In this document: positions 35,314 through 48,466 of the stretch, one piece after another
How the letters are laid out: each line of letters begins with the position of its first letter
How positions within the stretch are numbered: the first letter of the stretch is position 1
Origin: Carcharhinus longimanus
Lineage: Eukaryota
Length of the DNA: 64,000 bases
Reading direction: 5' to 3'
Assembly: GCA_030264375.1 (NCBI GenBank)
Contig: JASCQW010000122.1
Span: 28,029,264 to 28,093,263 of the forward strand
The notes under the pieces: model-generated
Databases searched by the model: none
Told to the model about the DNA's origin: nothing
The model's input: only the letters and a program-made list of their open reading frames with translations
Made by a program: the position numbers and the translations under genes

Positions 35314-38293
35314 TTTTATATTGCATGGGATTGTGAGTAGTATCTCGAGATGGATTGAAAGCTGGTTAGCAGACAGGAAGCAAAGAGTTGGAATAAATGG
35401 GTCTTTTTCTGATTGGCAGGCAGTGACTGGTAGGGTACTACAGGGATCTGTTCGAGGACCCCAACTGTTCACTAATTTTAATGATTTGAATGAGGGAACT
35501 AAGTGTATTATCACCAGACTTGCAGATGATACATAGTTGGGTGGGAGGGTTAGCTGTGAGAAGGATGGAGAGATCCTNNNNNNNNNNNNNNNNNNNNNNN
35601 NNNNNNNNNNNNNNNNNNNNNNNNNNNNNNNNNNNNNNNNNNNNNNNNNNNNNNNNNNNNNNNNNNNNNNNNNNNNNAAGTTGGCCTTCATACCAAGAGG
35701 ATTTGAGTATAGGAATAGAGATGTTTTACTGCAGTTGTATAGGGCATTGGTGAGGCACACGCGGAGTATTGTGTGTAGTTTTGGTGTCCTTATCTGAGGA
35801 CGGATGTAATTGCTATAAAGGACGTACAGAGATTTACCAGGTTGATTCCTAGGACAGCAGGGCTGTTATATGGAGAGAGACTAAGTTGGTTAGGATTGTA
35901 TTTATTTGAGTTTAGAAGAGTGAGAGGGGATCTCGTGGAAACTTATAAAATTTTAACAGGGTTAGACTGGGTAGATTCAGAAAAATGTTCCCAATGATGG
36001 AAGAGTCCAGAACTTGGGGTCAAAGTTTGAGGATAAGGGAGACCTTTTCTGACTGAGGTGAGGAAAAATTTCTCCACCCAGGGGATGGTGATTCTGTGGA
36101 ATTCAGTACCACAAAAGTAGTTGAGGCCAAAATGTTGTGTGATTTCAAGAAGGGATTAGATATAGCTCTTGGGACTAAAGGAATCAAGGGATATGGGGAA
36201 AAAACAGGATCAAGATATTGAATTTGATGATCAGAATGAATGGCAGAGCAGGCTCGAAGGGCAGGATGGCCTAGTCCTGCTCTTATGTTTCTATTTAATC
36301 TTTACCCCTCTCAAATGAGATCAAGTAACTTGTAAATAATCTATTGGAAGAAATAGGGGGCCTGGCTGTCCAGCTGGTGAGACCCTTACATTGCCTCTTT
36401 TTGAGAAGGCCCAGTGCCATATGCATCAGTTGGACACTTGACAGGTCATTGGGGGTGGACGGTCTATTAAATGGCAGTGCCTCTGGGGTAGCAGTGGCTG
36501 CTGCCAATACAACACCCACCACGGGCCTAGAATGCTGTCCTGTCACCAACCTTGCTGTGGGGAATGGCACAAGATTCCGCTTGTTGTTTCTCTGAAGTTA
36601 TACCTCAGTTGGCTAAATAGTCTTGTCCTTCACTTTTTTTGCTTTTGAAGAGGGAGCAGGTTTCAACGTGTAGAGCTGCAGCATGTTCCCCAATTACAGC
36701 CAGGCTTTGTGGAAAGAACTGATCAGTGGGAACGCAATTCTGCTGAGCAATTTAAAGTCCACCTGTTTATACAGGTGCCACTGTTAGAGCTAAGGAGAAG
36801 TTACTGCTGCCAACCTTACTCAGAGACGCATGCTTTGGTTTGAAGGCTAGAAGGAAATGCAGAGGAAATGTAGGCAATTGTTTGAAGGTTTATAATCTCA
36901 CACTTGGCCATATTAATTGTGATAAAACTGGGTGAGTGATGGAAAATTTCAGTTTATAATAGATGCAAGAATGTCTCATAATTTATATGAATTTTCCTAA
37001 AAATATGTTGCTGATAGGTAATTGCAGTCATTTGCAGCAGTCAGAATAAAATACACTAATTGCTGCCTTATAAATGTCCTTTATTACTTCACGAAGTGTA
37101 TTGCTAAGCAAAAGCATGATGAATAAATTGCGACCATAAATCAGTTAATGGTGAATTCAAATTAACCCATTGACTAATTTACAGAATAGCAACACAATTG
37201 CTTATTATTGCCACTATAGGGAATAATCCAGCAACTGTTCTAAAACCCACAGAAGAACCAAAATTGTTAAATATTTAAAAAGTAATCATTCTTGGGATAA
37301 GTACGTGCCTACAAGGCTGGCATTTATTGTCCAACCCGAGCTGTCCTGACAAGGTGATTGTTGGATGTCTTTATGAAACATTAGTGGTTTGGTGCAACCA
37401 ACTTTGCTCAGTCACATCAGAGATTATTTTCTGTTCACCACAGATATCCAATTCTGGATGGCCTGAAGGTTCTTTTTTTGCTTTCTTGCATGAAGGCATA
37501 ACCAGTCACCCTCCTCCTTCAGGCTAAAGTTATCTCACATTCAACAACTTCCCCTTTGCTTCCACGCTGCTTCTAAATAGAAGGTGATGTGATGAGAACC
37601 CATAAGGGTTCTGATCATGTCTGCCTTTTTATGGAATATGTGGAATGTTTTTTATTCCAGTCTCACTTGGGTCTCTTCACTATCTTTCTGGCCTTTTGGT
37701 GACTGTATGAGTGCCATTTTCTGTTCTTGCCCCAAACTTGAAGATTTAATTACTTTGCTTCCAGTTTCCATCCTTTCTTCACCTTCACATAGTCCATCTC
37801 TTACTCTTCCCTTCCTCAATTTCTGGGTATAGGCTATTGACCACTATAATCTACCAACTTCTACAACTACTTTGACTATACGTCATCTTACCCCTAAAAG
37901 GACCCAGTTCCATTCATCCAGTTTCTCTTTATCTGTCACATTTGTTCTGACATGCACCTTCCATGCCAGTGCTTGTGATGCCTTTTCCTTAATAGAGGAT
38001 TCTGGTCACTATTTTTGACCAGAGCTGTGTCAGTTCCATTTTGTGTGCCACTTCTCTGAGCCTTTTTTCTGCATTCCAAGTACATGATAGGGTTCTTCCA
38101 TCAGCCTTTGTATTCAACGGACACCCGCTAGCTACTTCTGTCACATATAGCATGATGTTACCACCAAATATATTGCCACCCCCTTTCCCCTTCCTGTCTT
38201 TGGAAAGGGCTATTCTCTCTACAACAACTGGCCCACTCCTCAACTCCAACATTCCCACCTTCTTCCTATGCCAGCTTCTCATTCAAGCACAGT

Positions 38294-39302
38294 TGTAACA
38301 ATGCTGTGCCTTTTAGAAATGTATTTTAACCATGTTTCTCTGCAGGATTTTGTCAGCACAGTGTTGTCTGTAATTGGTATCCTTTATTGTTGCTAAAGCA
38401 ATATATTGGGGTGGCACAGTGGTTAGCACTGCTGCCTCACAGCACCAGGGACCTGGATTTGATTCTAACCTCGGGTGACTGTCTGTGTGGAGGTTGCACA
38501 TTCTCCCTGTGTCTGCATATGTTTCCTCCAAGAGCTTTGGTTTCCTTCCACACTCCAAAGATATACAAGTTAAGCTGATTGCCCAAGCTAAATTGTCCCT
38601 TAGTGTTGGAGATTAACAAGGTAAATACATGGGGTTATAAGGATAGGGCTTGGGTGAGATGCTTGTAAGTGTAGTCTCAATGGGCTGAATGGCCTCCTTC
38701 TGTAGTATAGGGATTCTATGATGATGGACTGATTTTAATGTAGACTCATGAAATGTTCTGTGGTTTAATGGTCTTTTGGGGATTGCTGAATGGAGCTTGA
38801 TTTGGGGGTGATGGACATGTCAGGTGATGTGTCAAGGGGCAGTTTTTTCCACAGGAAAGTTCAGTTTTAGTTTCATTCCTCAGTTCCTGCTAGAAGCTGG
38901 TGGAAGAAGGCAGTGACTCTGTTTCTCTCTCTAGAGGCTTGCTGGAAGTTCCAGGACTGGGAAGCTTCAGCGATGTGATCTGACATTCAAAGGATCAATT
39001 CATAGCAGTTGCTTAAAAAGCTGGAAGTCCAGCATCATGTGAGCATACTTACTTCTATGCCAAGCCTGGAGAAGGGTTTGTATCTGAGGGATGGTGTTTG
39101 ATTTGGAACAACAGTTATGATAAATCTTTCTATTTTGTTTTAACTGTGTTCTTTAATAACCCTTGTTTGATAAAAGCTTCCTAGTGGGTCACTTGAATCA
39201 TTCCTGGTTTGAAACGCTTTATATTCACCCAAGCCTAAATCAAATTGAGGGTCTAGGCTAACTTCATAAAACATCTTGGAGTTTGTAGCCTGGGCCTTAA
39301 CA
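38294..39302 (+). repeat. Solo LTR (itself interrupted by an HE1 SINE)
   Basis: TGTAAC...TTAACA ends; flanks CAGT/CAGG resemble a 4-bp TSD; the Penelope host resumes across it. Confidence 0.65.
38408..38722 (+). mobile_element. HE1 V-SINE, CR1-type tail
   Basis: Full head, V-domain and tail gggctgaatggcctccttctgtagtatagggattctatga. Confidence 0.9.
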
Positions 39303-40239
39303 CAGGGAATATGACAACTATCCTCCCTTTTCACCATTCAGGGCCCCAAATGTTGTGTCCTAGTAAAATATTGAGTTAGTTCAATTTAGAATACTGGATT
39401 TGCTACAATCTGATTTCCCCTCCACTAGAGAGACTACAGATTTGATAACTGTTTTATGAAATAATGCTATTCCAAAAGTGTAACCCACAGCTTTCAGTCA
39501 TTGTAATTTTAATTCTCTGCCCCACTCCCACTCTGATCCCTCTGTCCTCTGTCTCCTACAGTATTCCAATGAAGTGCAACGCAAACTTGAGGAACATCAC
39601 GTCATCTTTTGATTAGGCACTTTATGGACTTCAGGACACAGCAATCAGTTCAATAATTTTGAATAGCCTCTGTTCCTGTTTTTTTCAGACAGTAGTGTGG
39701 TGATAATTCTGCTCTTCCCATTTTTCCTCTTCCAGAATCTTTTATTTCTTGTCTTATTATCAACCCATCATCCCTTTTGTCATTTAACCTATCCTTCAAT
39801 CTAACCTGTCAAAGGCCTTCTCTTAGTTCTCTTTGCTCCCCATTTTCTCTGCCTCTCCACAGACTTGCTGAGGATATCCAATCCTTTGTATTTTTATTTT
39901 CAAATGCTGACATGTGTAGCAATTGCTTTTGTGTTTGCAAGGTCAATTAAGGGTTAGTCATTTTGGCTGTAGGAAAGGAATTCCATATACACCAAGCTGG
40001 GAAAGTTGGTCTGTTATGCAGAACGTGATGCTGGAGTTGAAGTCATTCGCCCACACAAGGTGCAAGCAGCAGAGTTGGCTGGTGAGGACAGAGGCCATTC
40101 CTGAAGGTGAGAGTTGGCATCTTCCAACAAGCCAGTGAAGGTCCATGCAGTAGCCATGGCCACCCGCAGTCAATGACTGTGAGTGTTCTAGAATGTAGGT
40201 GACTGTCTAGACTAATTATCTGTTCTCTCTCTTACAGCC

Positions 40240-40562
40240 ACCAGCATTTGTTGCCCATCCCTAGTTGCCCTTGGAGACCAGTTGAGAGTCAACCACATTG
40301 CCGTGGTTCTGGAGTCACCTGTAGACCAGGCCAGGTAAGGATGGTAGATTTCCTTCCCTAATGGACATTAGTGAACCAGATAAGTTTTTCCAGCAATCGG
40401 CAATGGTTTCATGGTCATCAATAGATTCTTAATTCCAGATTTCTTTTTATTGAATTCAATTTCCACCATCTGCCACATGGGATTCGAATCCAGGCTCCCA
40501 AAACAATGACTGAGTTTCTGGATTAATAATCTAGCAATAATACCACTAGGCCATTGTGTCCT
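40240..40562 (-). mobile_element. SINE family B
   Basis: Reverse complement of 13432-13790, with B box ggattcgaatcc. Confidence 0.9.
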
Positions 40563-41043
40563 CATTCCCGCTCTCCACCAGCATGAAGGAGAACTATGAA
40601 CTTAGTTTGCACTTAGTGACACTTGAAATGTCTGCTGTGCTGCCACGACTATGTGATGTTATAGGTGTGTGCCTAGCCTAATCATGGCGGCCTATTAGAT
40701 GTGAGAATGATTGTTCACATGTGGAAGTCCAGCTTGTCTGACTTTACAGAATCCCTGTGCTAGTTCATATAAGGTCTATCAACATGATTCCCTGACCATG
40801 ACAGTGCCATCAGTGATCTTAGGCTTCCTCATACATAGTGCAGTCTAGTAGAATTTAAAATGTGGAGGACTATAATGGGATGAGAACAAGTTCCTATACA
40901 TTTCCTGAGTGATCTTTAGGATTAAGGAAGGTACTAAATAATTCTTAAATGCGCTTTCAAGACCAACTTGACCACATCGCTCCCAAATGCCAAAGCAATT
41001 TTGGACGTTAACTTGGGAAGCTCCTGACTAAGTCTGGGTCTTT

Positions 41044-41531
41044 TAGAGATGCATCATAGAAAGCATTCTTTCTGGTTGTATCACAGCTTGGTATGGCTCC
41101 TACTCTGCCCAAGACTGCAAAAACTACAAAAAATCATGAAAATAGCCCAATCCATCACACAAACCAGCCTCCCATCCATTGACTCTAACTATACTTCCTG
41201 CTGCTTCGGAAAAGCAGCCAGCATAATTAAGGACACCCCACATCCCGGGCATACTCTCTTCCACCACCTTCTGTCAGGAAAAAGATATAGAAGCCTGAGG
41301 TCACATACCAACTGATTCAAGAACAGCTTCTTCCCTGCTGCCATCAGTCTTTTGAATGGACCTACATTGCATTAAGTTGATCTTTCTCTACAACCTAGCA
41401 ATGACTCTAACACTATATTCTGCACTGTCTCATTTCCTTCTCTATGAACGGTATGCTTTGTCTCTATAACATGCAATGAACAATAATTTTCACTATATGA
41501 AATACATGTGACAATAATAAACCAAATCAAA
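41044..41531 (+). mobile_element. Rex1/Babar LINE 3' end
   Basis: AQSITQTSLPSIDS..KAASIIKD..HPGH.LF..L.SGKRYRS; terminus ttttcactatatgaaatacatgtgacaataataaaccaaatcaaa. Confidence 0.85.
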
Positions 41532-42149
41532 GTTGAGTGTTTATCATTGATCAGATGATAGTTCTGCTGAAGCACTCTCCGTGCACACAAAAGTAACTTG
41601 ACCCGCAGGCTTACTTCCATGATGTAGAGTGACAGATCACACTGAAGAGCAATATCATTCTGGGGGCTCAGTATCAGGATGAGGTCTGAACAATAATCAT
41701 GCTTGAGAGATGGCCTTTGGAGAGATGCCACCACCTGGATTTAGATCAGTCCTCATAGTCAAGTGATAACCAGTGACTGGTGATTGTCCTCTTTGAGGCA
41801 ACTTGTGAGATTCCAGGCATACTGCCACGCCTACACTGATGTTTGTAGTGACTCTGCTGCCTTTTGAAAGCTATCATAGGCAGTGAAATGTTGGTGGTAT
41901 GCTTGAAAGGACTGTATCATATCCATTTGCTTCATATTGAGCACTAGTGGGGATCTCATTCCATTGCAGAATGACCACATGCTCCATCTGCTGCTTAGCC
42001 TTTCATGGATGAGGCCTCATTGTGTAAGATTGTGACTAGTCATTATGAAATTGATGTCCTTCATAAAGCTGTTATAGATAACAAAGAAGGTACTAATGTC
42101 CACCCAGCATTGAAGGGGCAGTGGAATGTGCTCATATGAGCTAGTCTTA

Positions 42150-42660
42150 ACAAGGTTCCAAGTCAATGAAGGTTGCTATAATGGCCTCACAGGCACATCT
42201 GATGTACGTTGCCCATGTGGGGTATTATGTATCCCTTTCTGCATCCTCCTCATCCAAGGAGATGTGCAGTTCCTCGATCTCTTTGTATGGTAACTCATCC
42301 TCCTTTGGAGCAGCAGGTTGTGTAAAGCACAGTAAATCACAATGGTATGGGATACCCCCTGAGTACTGGAGAGCATTGCCTGATCAGTCCAAATATCTGA
42401 AATGTATCTTCAGCATCATGCGTGGTGGATATTAAGACCTTCTCTATTATCCTCAACATGTCAATGGAGGACATCAATCTCAGAATGAGTAGTCACCATT
42501 GATGAGCTTGTTGCAGAATGAGCTGCAATGTACCTCTCTACTGGTGGACTCTGTGGTTGCTGAACTGCTGTCATTAGTTAGGTCTTTTGAAGATAGCCTT
42601 TATTACTGATGAGCTAACTCTGAATACGCTGATGGCTTGAACCTCTGCAGTCTGTGTGAT
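42150..42660 (-). mobile_element. PIF/Harbinger transposase C-terminal relic
   Basis: Minus-strand peptides LISNKGYLQKT*LMTAVQQPQ, ERYIAAHSAT, MLKIHFRYLD*SGNALQY and IYCALHNL match HARBI1-type DDE motifs. Confidence 0.8.
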
Positions 42661-42687
42661 GTATAAGTCCTGTTGATGATACTATGC

Positions 42688-43412
42688 TGTTAGTATATTT
42701 TATGTGCAATAGGGATTGCTTTAAGAGGCAGTGCTTTGTTAGAAGCAGTCAGTTTGTCTAAGAGGAATGCAACAGATACTGAGAGAGTAGGATAATTAAT
42801 TTTAGCTAGTACTATAGAGTTTATAGACTTAATGTATCTTTGTTTATTTAAGTTCTCCTGCGGACTCAGACAAGGTTGACTGAGTCATGTGATACTACAT
42901 TTATGGGTGGAGCTAGGCTTATAGCAGAGAAAAATGTTTCATTTCCATTTTTAAAATAGTTCATTTTGCTGGAGAGGGTTGTTTAAAAATAGAAGCCAAC
43001 AAGCAGCTTTCTCTCTCTGCAAAATTACTCTAGGAGTTCCAGAGCTGTTAAAACAAATCAACGCAAGTATGCCTGGATTTGCTAACTATTTTTAAAGAGG
43101 GGTTTTAAATCTATAAGATAAATACTGCTTAATTAGAATTGAAAATCATAATAAGTTAGAAGTTAAGTGTTTGTTTTTTTCATGTTTAAAGATTGTTAAA
43201 CAGCTAAGCATTAAAGTGTTACATTTTATTAGAGATATATTTAAAGTGTATTATGAATAATGCTTGTTTTGATAGAAAAAAATCCCTAATTTGTCAGTAT
43301 AATCACTCTTAAATGAAGCACCCTTTCCTCACATTTATGTCAAAATATAAAAATTGTTAGGGTCTAGTCCAGCTTCATAATATTCCCTGGGGTTTCTGAT
43401 TAGCACCCTAAA
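42688..43412 (+). repeat. Probable solo LTR
   Basis: TG start; 3' part (gggtctagtccagcttcataa...) resembles the end of 38294-39302. Confidence 0.5.
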
Positions 43413-45054
43413 GTCCAACAGTGCTGTTCGGCATGAAGTCTAGAATTTTGATCCAGTGATAATGGAGGAACATAGATACATTTCTACGTCAATATTATGT
43501 TTCTAACTGGCTAAGAAACAATTACAAATGCAAGAAATGCACAATGGCTGTTACTTGAATGGGAGACAGAACTATGATAATCAAGTCTTTGTTGTTTCTT
43601 TGGCAATATTGACAAAGCAGTCCAAAAGTCCCAAGCAATTATAGTGCCAAGTGAAGAATGGCCTAAATCACGGACACCATAATTTCCTAGGACTTTTGGT
43701 CTGGGTAATGAAACCAATATCTTGGATGGGCCATTCCAGTAGCACAAGTATGTTGGACATTTTGGGCCAATAACCCAATGAAGATGTTCTCGGTTTAAGT
43801 TAATAGCTGTACTGTAGTCAATTGAAAGTACAGAACTTGAATATTGCTGAAAAGAGACATGTTGCTGAAGCTCTCTTGTCATGCACTCATTGGGACAAAT
43901 GCGAGAATTCCACATTTCAAATTATTATAACAATTTGCATAGAGAAAACAATGGGGTAATATAGGCTTCTCAAGGCCCCATTCCTTTCTCCATGGTAATT
44001 CCTCAGGCAGAGTAGACTTGTCAACCAATCATCCCAAATTTTTCTTGCACTGTAAGTTGTCATGATTGTTTGAAATTTGGCATCTTGTTTTTGTCCTGAT
44101 AAGCGCAATAGAAAAATCTTCAGCAAATTCTCTCGCCAGCAATATAGGAGTGTTTGATGTTGACATCCTGTTGCCAGAAACTTTCACTCTGACAAGTTAA
44201 TAAAATGTACCTATACACTTCATGTCATGTGACATAAAAACTAGTTTCCAGAATGATGGTTAGGGATGATTAAAAATAATTTGCAGCAGTACTGAGAGAT
44301 GTGATGCCCAATTAGAAATGTCAGACAGTTAAAAAGCAATGCATATAAAAATTAACATAAAAATAGTGTTCATGGATGTAGCATACTCTCAGCTGATAAT
44401 ATGAGCATTCTATACTATCCTGCCACCATCCAAAATTATCTGAACAGTTCCTCTTTTGTAAGCCATGCTTTTTTCAGTAACAGCTCATTATAATTTTTAT
44501 CTACATGCTAACTAGGCAAGTGTTGATATGCAACATGCTGTCCTTCAAAATTAAAAATATTCCCAAATTTCAGTACCTCACTTCAGTCATTTTATTCAGA
44601 CTATAAATACAAACTGAAATGTTGCCATTGGCATTATTTATCACATAAATAGATCTAGCTAAAGATCTCCCTTGTTTAAAAAAGAATTGCCATGTGGAAT
44701 TATGTTTCAAGGGAATAGTATGTAAACCATAGTTTTTTTATATCAATTATGTTAACAGCTCTAAATAATATGGATTTTTTGATTTGATTCCAATCAACAA
44801 TACCCTGGAGTACGTAGGAACTGGTTCTTGCTGCAGTGCTTGGTGAGACATCATCAGTTTGCTAAAGTATGAGTCATTCTTTATGTATTTTGTACTTCCA
44901 TTTGGTTGCAGATTTCCCTCTCGGTAGAAGAACCAGGACTTTGACTGCAAAGACAGACACATATGCCACTGAAGGTCTTCATGAAGGCTTTCAGGGATTT
45001 AGGTTCTGAGGAAGTTGCAGGTTAAATATAATTGTGAGAATGATTTAACAATAT

Positions 45055-45270
45055 TAGCTTATTTATTAGTGTCACAAGTGGGCTTACATCAACATGTAAT
45101 GAAGTTACTGTGAAAATCCTCTAATCGCCACACTCCAACACGCCTGTTGGATTCCACTGAGGGAGAATTTAGCATGTCCAATGCACCTAACCAGCATTCC
45201 TTTCAGAGTATGGGAGGACACCGGAGCACCCATAGGAAACCCATGCAGACACGGGGAGAACGTGCACGCA
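45055..45270 (-). mobile_element. HE1-like V-SINE, tail type A, 5'-truncated
   Basis: atttattagtgtcacaagtgggcttacatc...gcagacacggggagaacgtgca. Confidence 0.85.
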
Positions 45271-45529
45271 TGCGCTAAGCCCATTTGTATTAACAACAAC
45301 TTTTGGGTGTTTTAAAGCATGTATTATCCTTTTTGTTTTAACTGGATTTATTGCTTCCCCTAAAATAATGGGCAGTGGAGTGTCACACAGATGCATGTAT
45401 TTATTAATGACATAAATAATGGAATAGAAAACCACAAGACTAGATGAAAACATATTACAAAAAGGCATTACTAGATTGTAAACAAACAAAACATAGATTT
45501 TTGTGCAGGTAAATAGGAGGTCAAACACT

Positions 45530-45760
45530 ATGGACTCAAAATAATTGAACGTGTACTTTTTAACTGGTGTAAAGATGGAAACTGCAGAAATCCAAAGAGA
45601 TTCAAGGGCCCAAGTGCATAGATCATTGAAATATCATGAACAGGTACAGAAAATAACCAAAAAGGCCAATGGAATGCTTGCTTTTGTATTGAAAGAACTA
45701 GATTGTAAAGGGATAGAATTCACCTTTCAATTATGCAACATGTTGCTGAGATCATATTCT
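45530..45760 (+). mobile_element. CR1 RT fragment
   Basis: QVHRSLK..QVQKITKKANGMLAF in ORF 45545-45835. Confidence 0.8.
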
Positions 45761-46944
45761 AGAGAATCAACTAGCCTTTTGAAAACACAAATTTCTAAGT
45801 CAAATGAAAAACACTCAGTGAAGTGCCAGCCATGAATAGCCAATTCCAGTGTACATATTGGATATTCATCCATTTCTAAGGAAATTACAGCAGCCAGGGG
45901 TTAAAAAAATGTGACAAGGCAGCATGAATACAGTTAGCTGAACTGACAGTGTGCATTATGGCATGAGATTGGCAACAGTGGTGGTTCTATCCTGGCACTT
46001 CTAAAAGATTCTTTGCACAAATTTTGATAGTGCACAGTGGCAAGTTGGCAGAGTGTATCACAACACCCCATTAGCTGACAGGATGAAATGCCCAAAAGGA
46101 GCTAATTAGAAGATTCTGACAGTCATATTCTGCAGTACCTACTGCGATACAACTTGCACAGAAATTCTAGAGATTTGGTTCTCTGTATGTCACTAAGGGG
46201 GAACAGCACATTAAAATGATAAAAACCATCGAAGTTGCTCTGCACTAAAGTATATCAACTAACTACATTACTATGCTTTGGTATTTCATATGCTCAATGG
46301 TATCTGATTTTGTGGTTTTTGGTCTGAATAATGATTTAATATTAAACATGCAGCATGACAAAAAAAAAAGCTTTCAGCTCTGAGAATAGGAAAGCCGAAA
46401 CGCAGTTTTAAAAATCCACATGAAGCAGCTCCCCTCTGAAGATACTGATTGATAGAGGCTTTGCTGGTAAATGAAATAGGGTGATTCATCCACCACAATT
46501 CTTCATGTGCACTTTAAGTTATAGTCAAAGGAGTGGTTAGCTTCTCCACTTGGTATCCAGTTGAGTTACCACATGTAATACATTTTCTCACTTAATAGGT
46601 AAGAACAAATATAAATGATACTTTTGATTAAGCAATCTTCAGTGTAAAACATAGGAATTACATTGAATTGATTCTGAAAATAGGCACTGGGATTGCAATG
46701 TGTGATTAACCCAGTATGTTCAATGTAACGTTGCCTGGATGCCAACTTCATGTAGCTTAAGCCAGCACAAAACAGTCTTCTGATTGATGGTATGCATCAA
46801 CCAGTGTCCCAAAATTGTAACTTTCTAGCTTCAGTTAAAGGTAGACTGCATTTCTTAAGGGGAAATGGGCATTATTGCTGGAGTAGGCACTGGTTGTTGT
46901 GTAGGAAGTAAATCTGATTTGGGAAACATTGAAGTATTGCATAA

Positions 46945-47155
46945 CATGTGAGAGCGCTGTCTTAAAGGCTTTTGGATGCTGCTCTGGAGATCTTGATGGA
47001 GGAAGTAGAAAGTGAGAGAGATGTCCTTTATCCTAAGACATGACCAAAAATCAGATGCGACAGATTGGTGTGGCAATCACTGCAGGTGTAAAGCTCTGAG
47101 GACTTCAATATTGTGCCTCAAAAAGTTAATGACTTTAAACAAATGATCAAGGTCA
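46945..47155 (+). mobile_element. Myb/SANT-like (Harbinger accessory protein) relic
   Basis: LDAALEILMEEVESERDVLYP, then W..I...V, then RTSILCLKK-NDF, with frameshifts. Confidence 0.6.
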
Positions 47156-47935
47156 ATCTTCAAATACCTCATCCTACCATCTGCACCACTGCATTCAGAC
47201 ATTCCCCAATTCACCACATCCCCCCCCCATCATTCACCTAACAATAATCTCTATGAAATGGGTTGCTGGAGGATGGGTTCGCTCATGGATTCCATTGCAG
47301 AAAACTCAGATGTGCACTTTGATGGAGCAGCCTATCAAAGAATATTGATGGACCTACCCAGAAAAATGTTTGATACATTGGGAAGCCTGCCAAAAAGCCT
47401 ATAGCAAATTGTTAAGGAGTATGAAGGAATCCAGTATCTGTTTTGCATTAAGGCTTGGTGCAGAATTTGGAGCCAAATCACTTCAGCAAGGGAGTGTAGG
47501 ACAACTCCATTCACACCCTTGTGGAACCAACCATATTGAAGATTCAGGTGGGTCATGCCACAGCTTCCATTGTAGCAAGCAGAAGCCACTTAACATTTGA
47601 ATCCTGCAGTGGAAGCTGAGCCTGTTGTCATCATGTCTGTGGATAACTGTGTGCAAAGGAGTTTCCAGAATGTCACAGCAGTTAACAGATTAATAGGTTT
47701 ACTAGGACAGACACTTAGGGAATGCACAAGGGCGAGTATGAAATGTGGCAATTATTTCATTTGTCAGTTTTGCTTGGGATATTTATTTTGTGGTGCCTTT
47801 TGTTTTGGCTTTGTGGCCAAGTGGACACTGTTATTGTCAGTGAGGAAGGGGATATGGTACGGTTTGGTCTTGGGAAAGTGGAGTTGCAGTTACTGGTTTT
47901 GCACTAGGATGAGCTCTTCATAGACATGAATGATA

Positions 47936-48248
47936 TGGTGGCACAGTGGTTAGCACTGCTGCTTCACAACATCAAGGACCAGTGTTCGATTCCTGGCTTG
48001 GGTCCCTGTCTGTGTGGAGTTTGCACATTCTCTCCATGTCTGCACATTCTTCCCATGTCTGCATGGGTTTCCTCGGGTGCTCTGGTTTCTTCCTACAGTC
48101 CAATGATGTGCAGATTACCTGCACTGGCCGTGCTAAATTGCCCCTTAGTGTTAATACATGGGGTTATGGGGATAGGGCCTGGGTGGGATTGTGGTCGGTG
48201 CAGACTCAATGGGCCAAATGGCCTCCTCCTGCATTGTAGGATTCTATG
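47936..48248 (+). mobile_element. HE1 V-SINE, CR1-type tail (internal 20-bp duplication)
   Basis: Full head and tail; tgcacattct...ccatgtc duplicated at ~48022-48061. Confidence 0.9.
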
Positions 48249-48254
48249 GTTCAA

Positions 48255-48415
48255 TCAACTTAACCCACACATTTTTGGACACTGGGAGGAAACTGGAGCA
48301 CCCGGAAGAAACCCTTGCAGACACGGGGAGAATGTGCAAACTTTGCACAGACAAGCCAGGAATCAAACTCAAGTCCCTGGCGCTGTGAGGTAGCAGTACT
48401 AAACACCATGCTGCC
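48255..48415 (-). mobile_element. HE1 SINE head + V-domain, inverted relative to its neighbour
   Basis: gggaggaaactggagcacccggaagaaaccc...ccctggcgctgtgaggtagcag. Confidence 0.85.
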
Positions 48416-48466
48416 TTATGTTACAGACAGGTATTTTGAATGAAAGCGTTAACACATTTGAGATCA

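Larger units (their letters stand above)
32290..36295 (+). mobile_element. Long decayed CR1 LINE: esterase-type ORF1, endonuclease, partial RT and 3' tail, with nested insertions
   Basis: ORF1 IVMEDSIVRGIDRCFCGH and INTWLKRWCEGEEF; EN SVWVELRN..VGVVYRPPN..MDDFN; RT WIESWLADRKQRVGING..QGSV.GP..ADDT; tail ggctcgaagggcaggatggcctagtcctgctc. Confidence 0.9.
37400..39900 (+). mobile_element. Decayed Penelope-like element (RT + GIY-YIG C-terminus), split by a solo LTR
   Basis: YFDYTSSYP and PVPFIQFLFICHICSD (~37868-37950); HSHSDPSVLCLLQYSNEVQRKLEEHHVIF*LGTL (~39520-39625). Confidence 0.8.

Noticed and set aside
43511-43915. 134-aa minus-strand ORF in unique sequence
   Set aside because: No recognisable domain or convincing splice sites; length compatible with chance.
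44912-45020. Good acceptor site (tttggttgcAG) that could follow the 31673 exon, giving ISLSVEEPGL-stop
   Set aside because: No strong donor and no recognisable peptide; unsupported without RNA data.
47926-48393. 155-aa ORF
   Set aside because: Translation through two adjacent HE1 SINEs.
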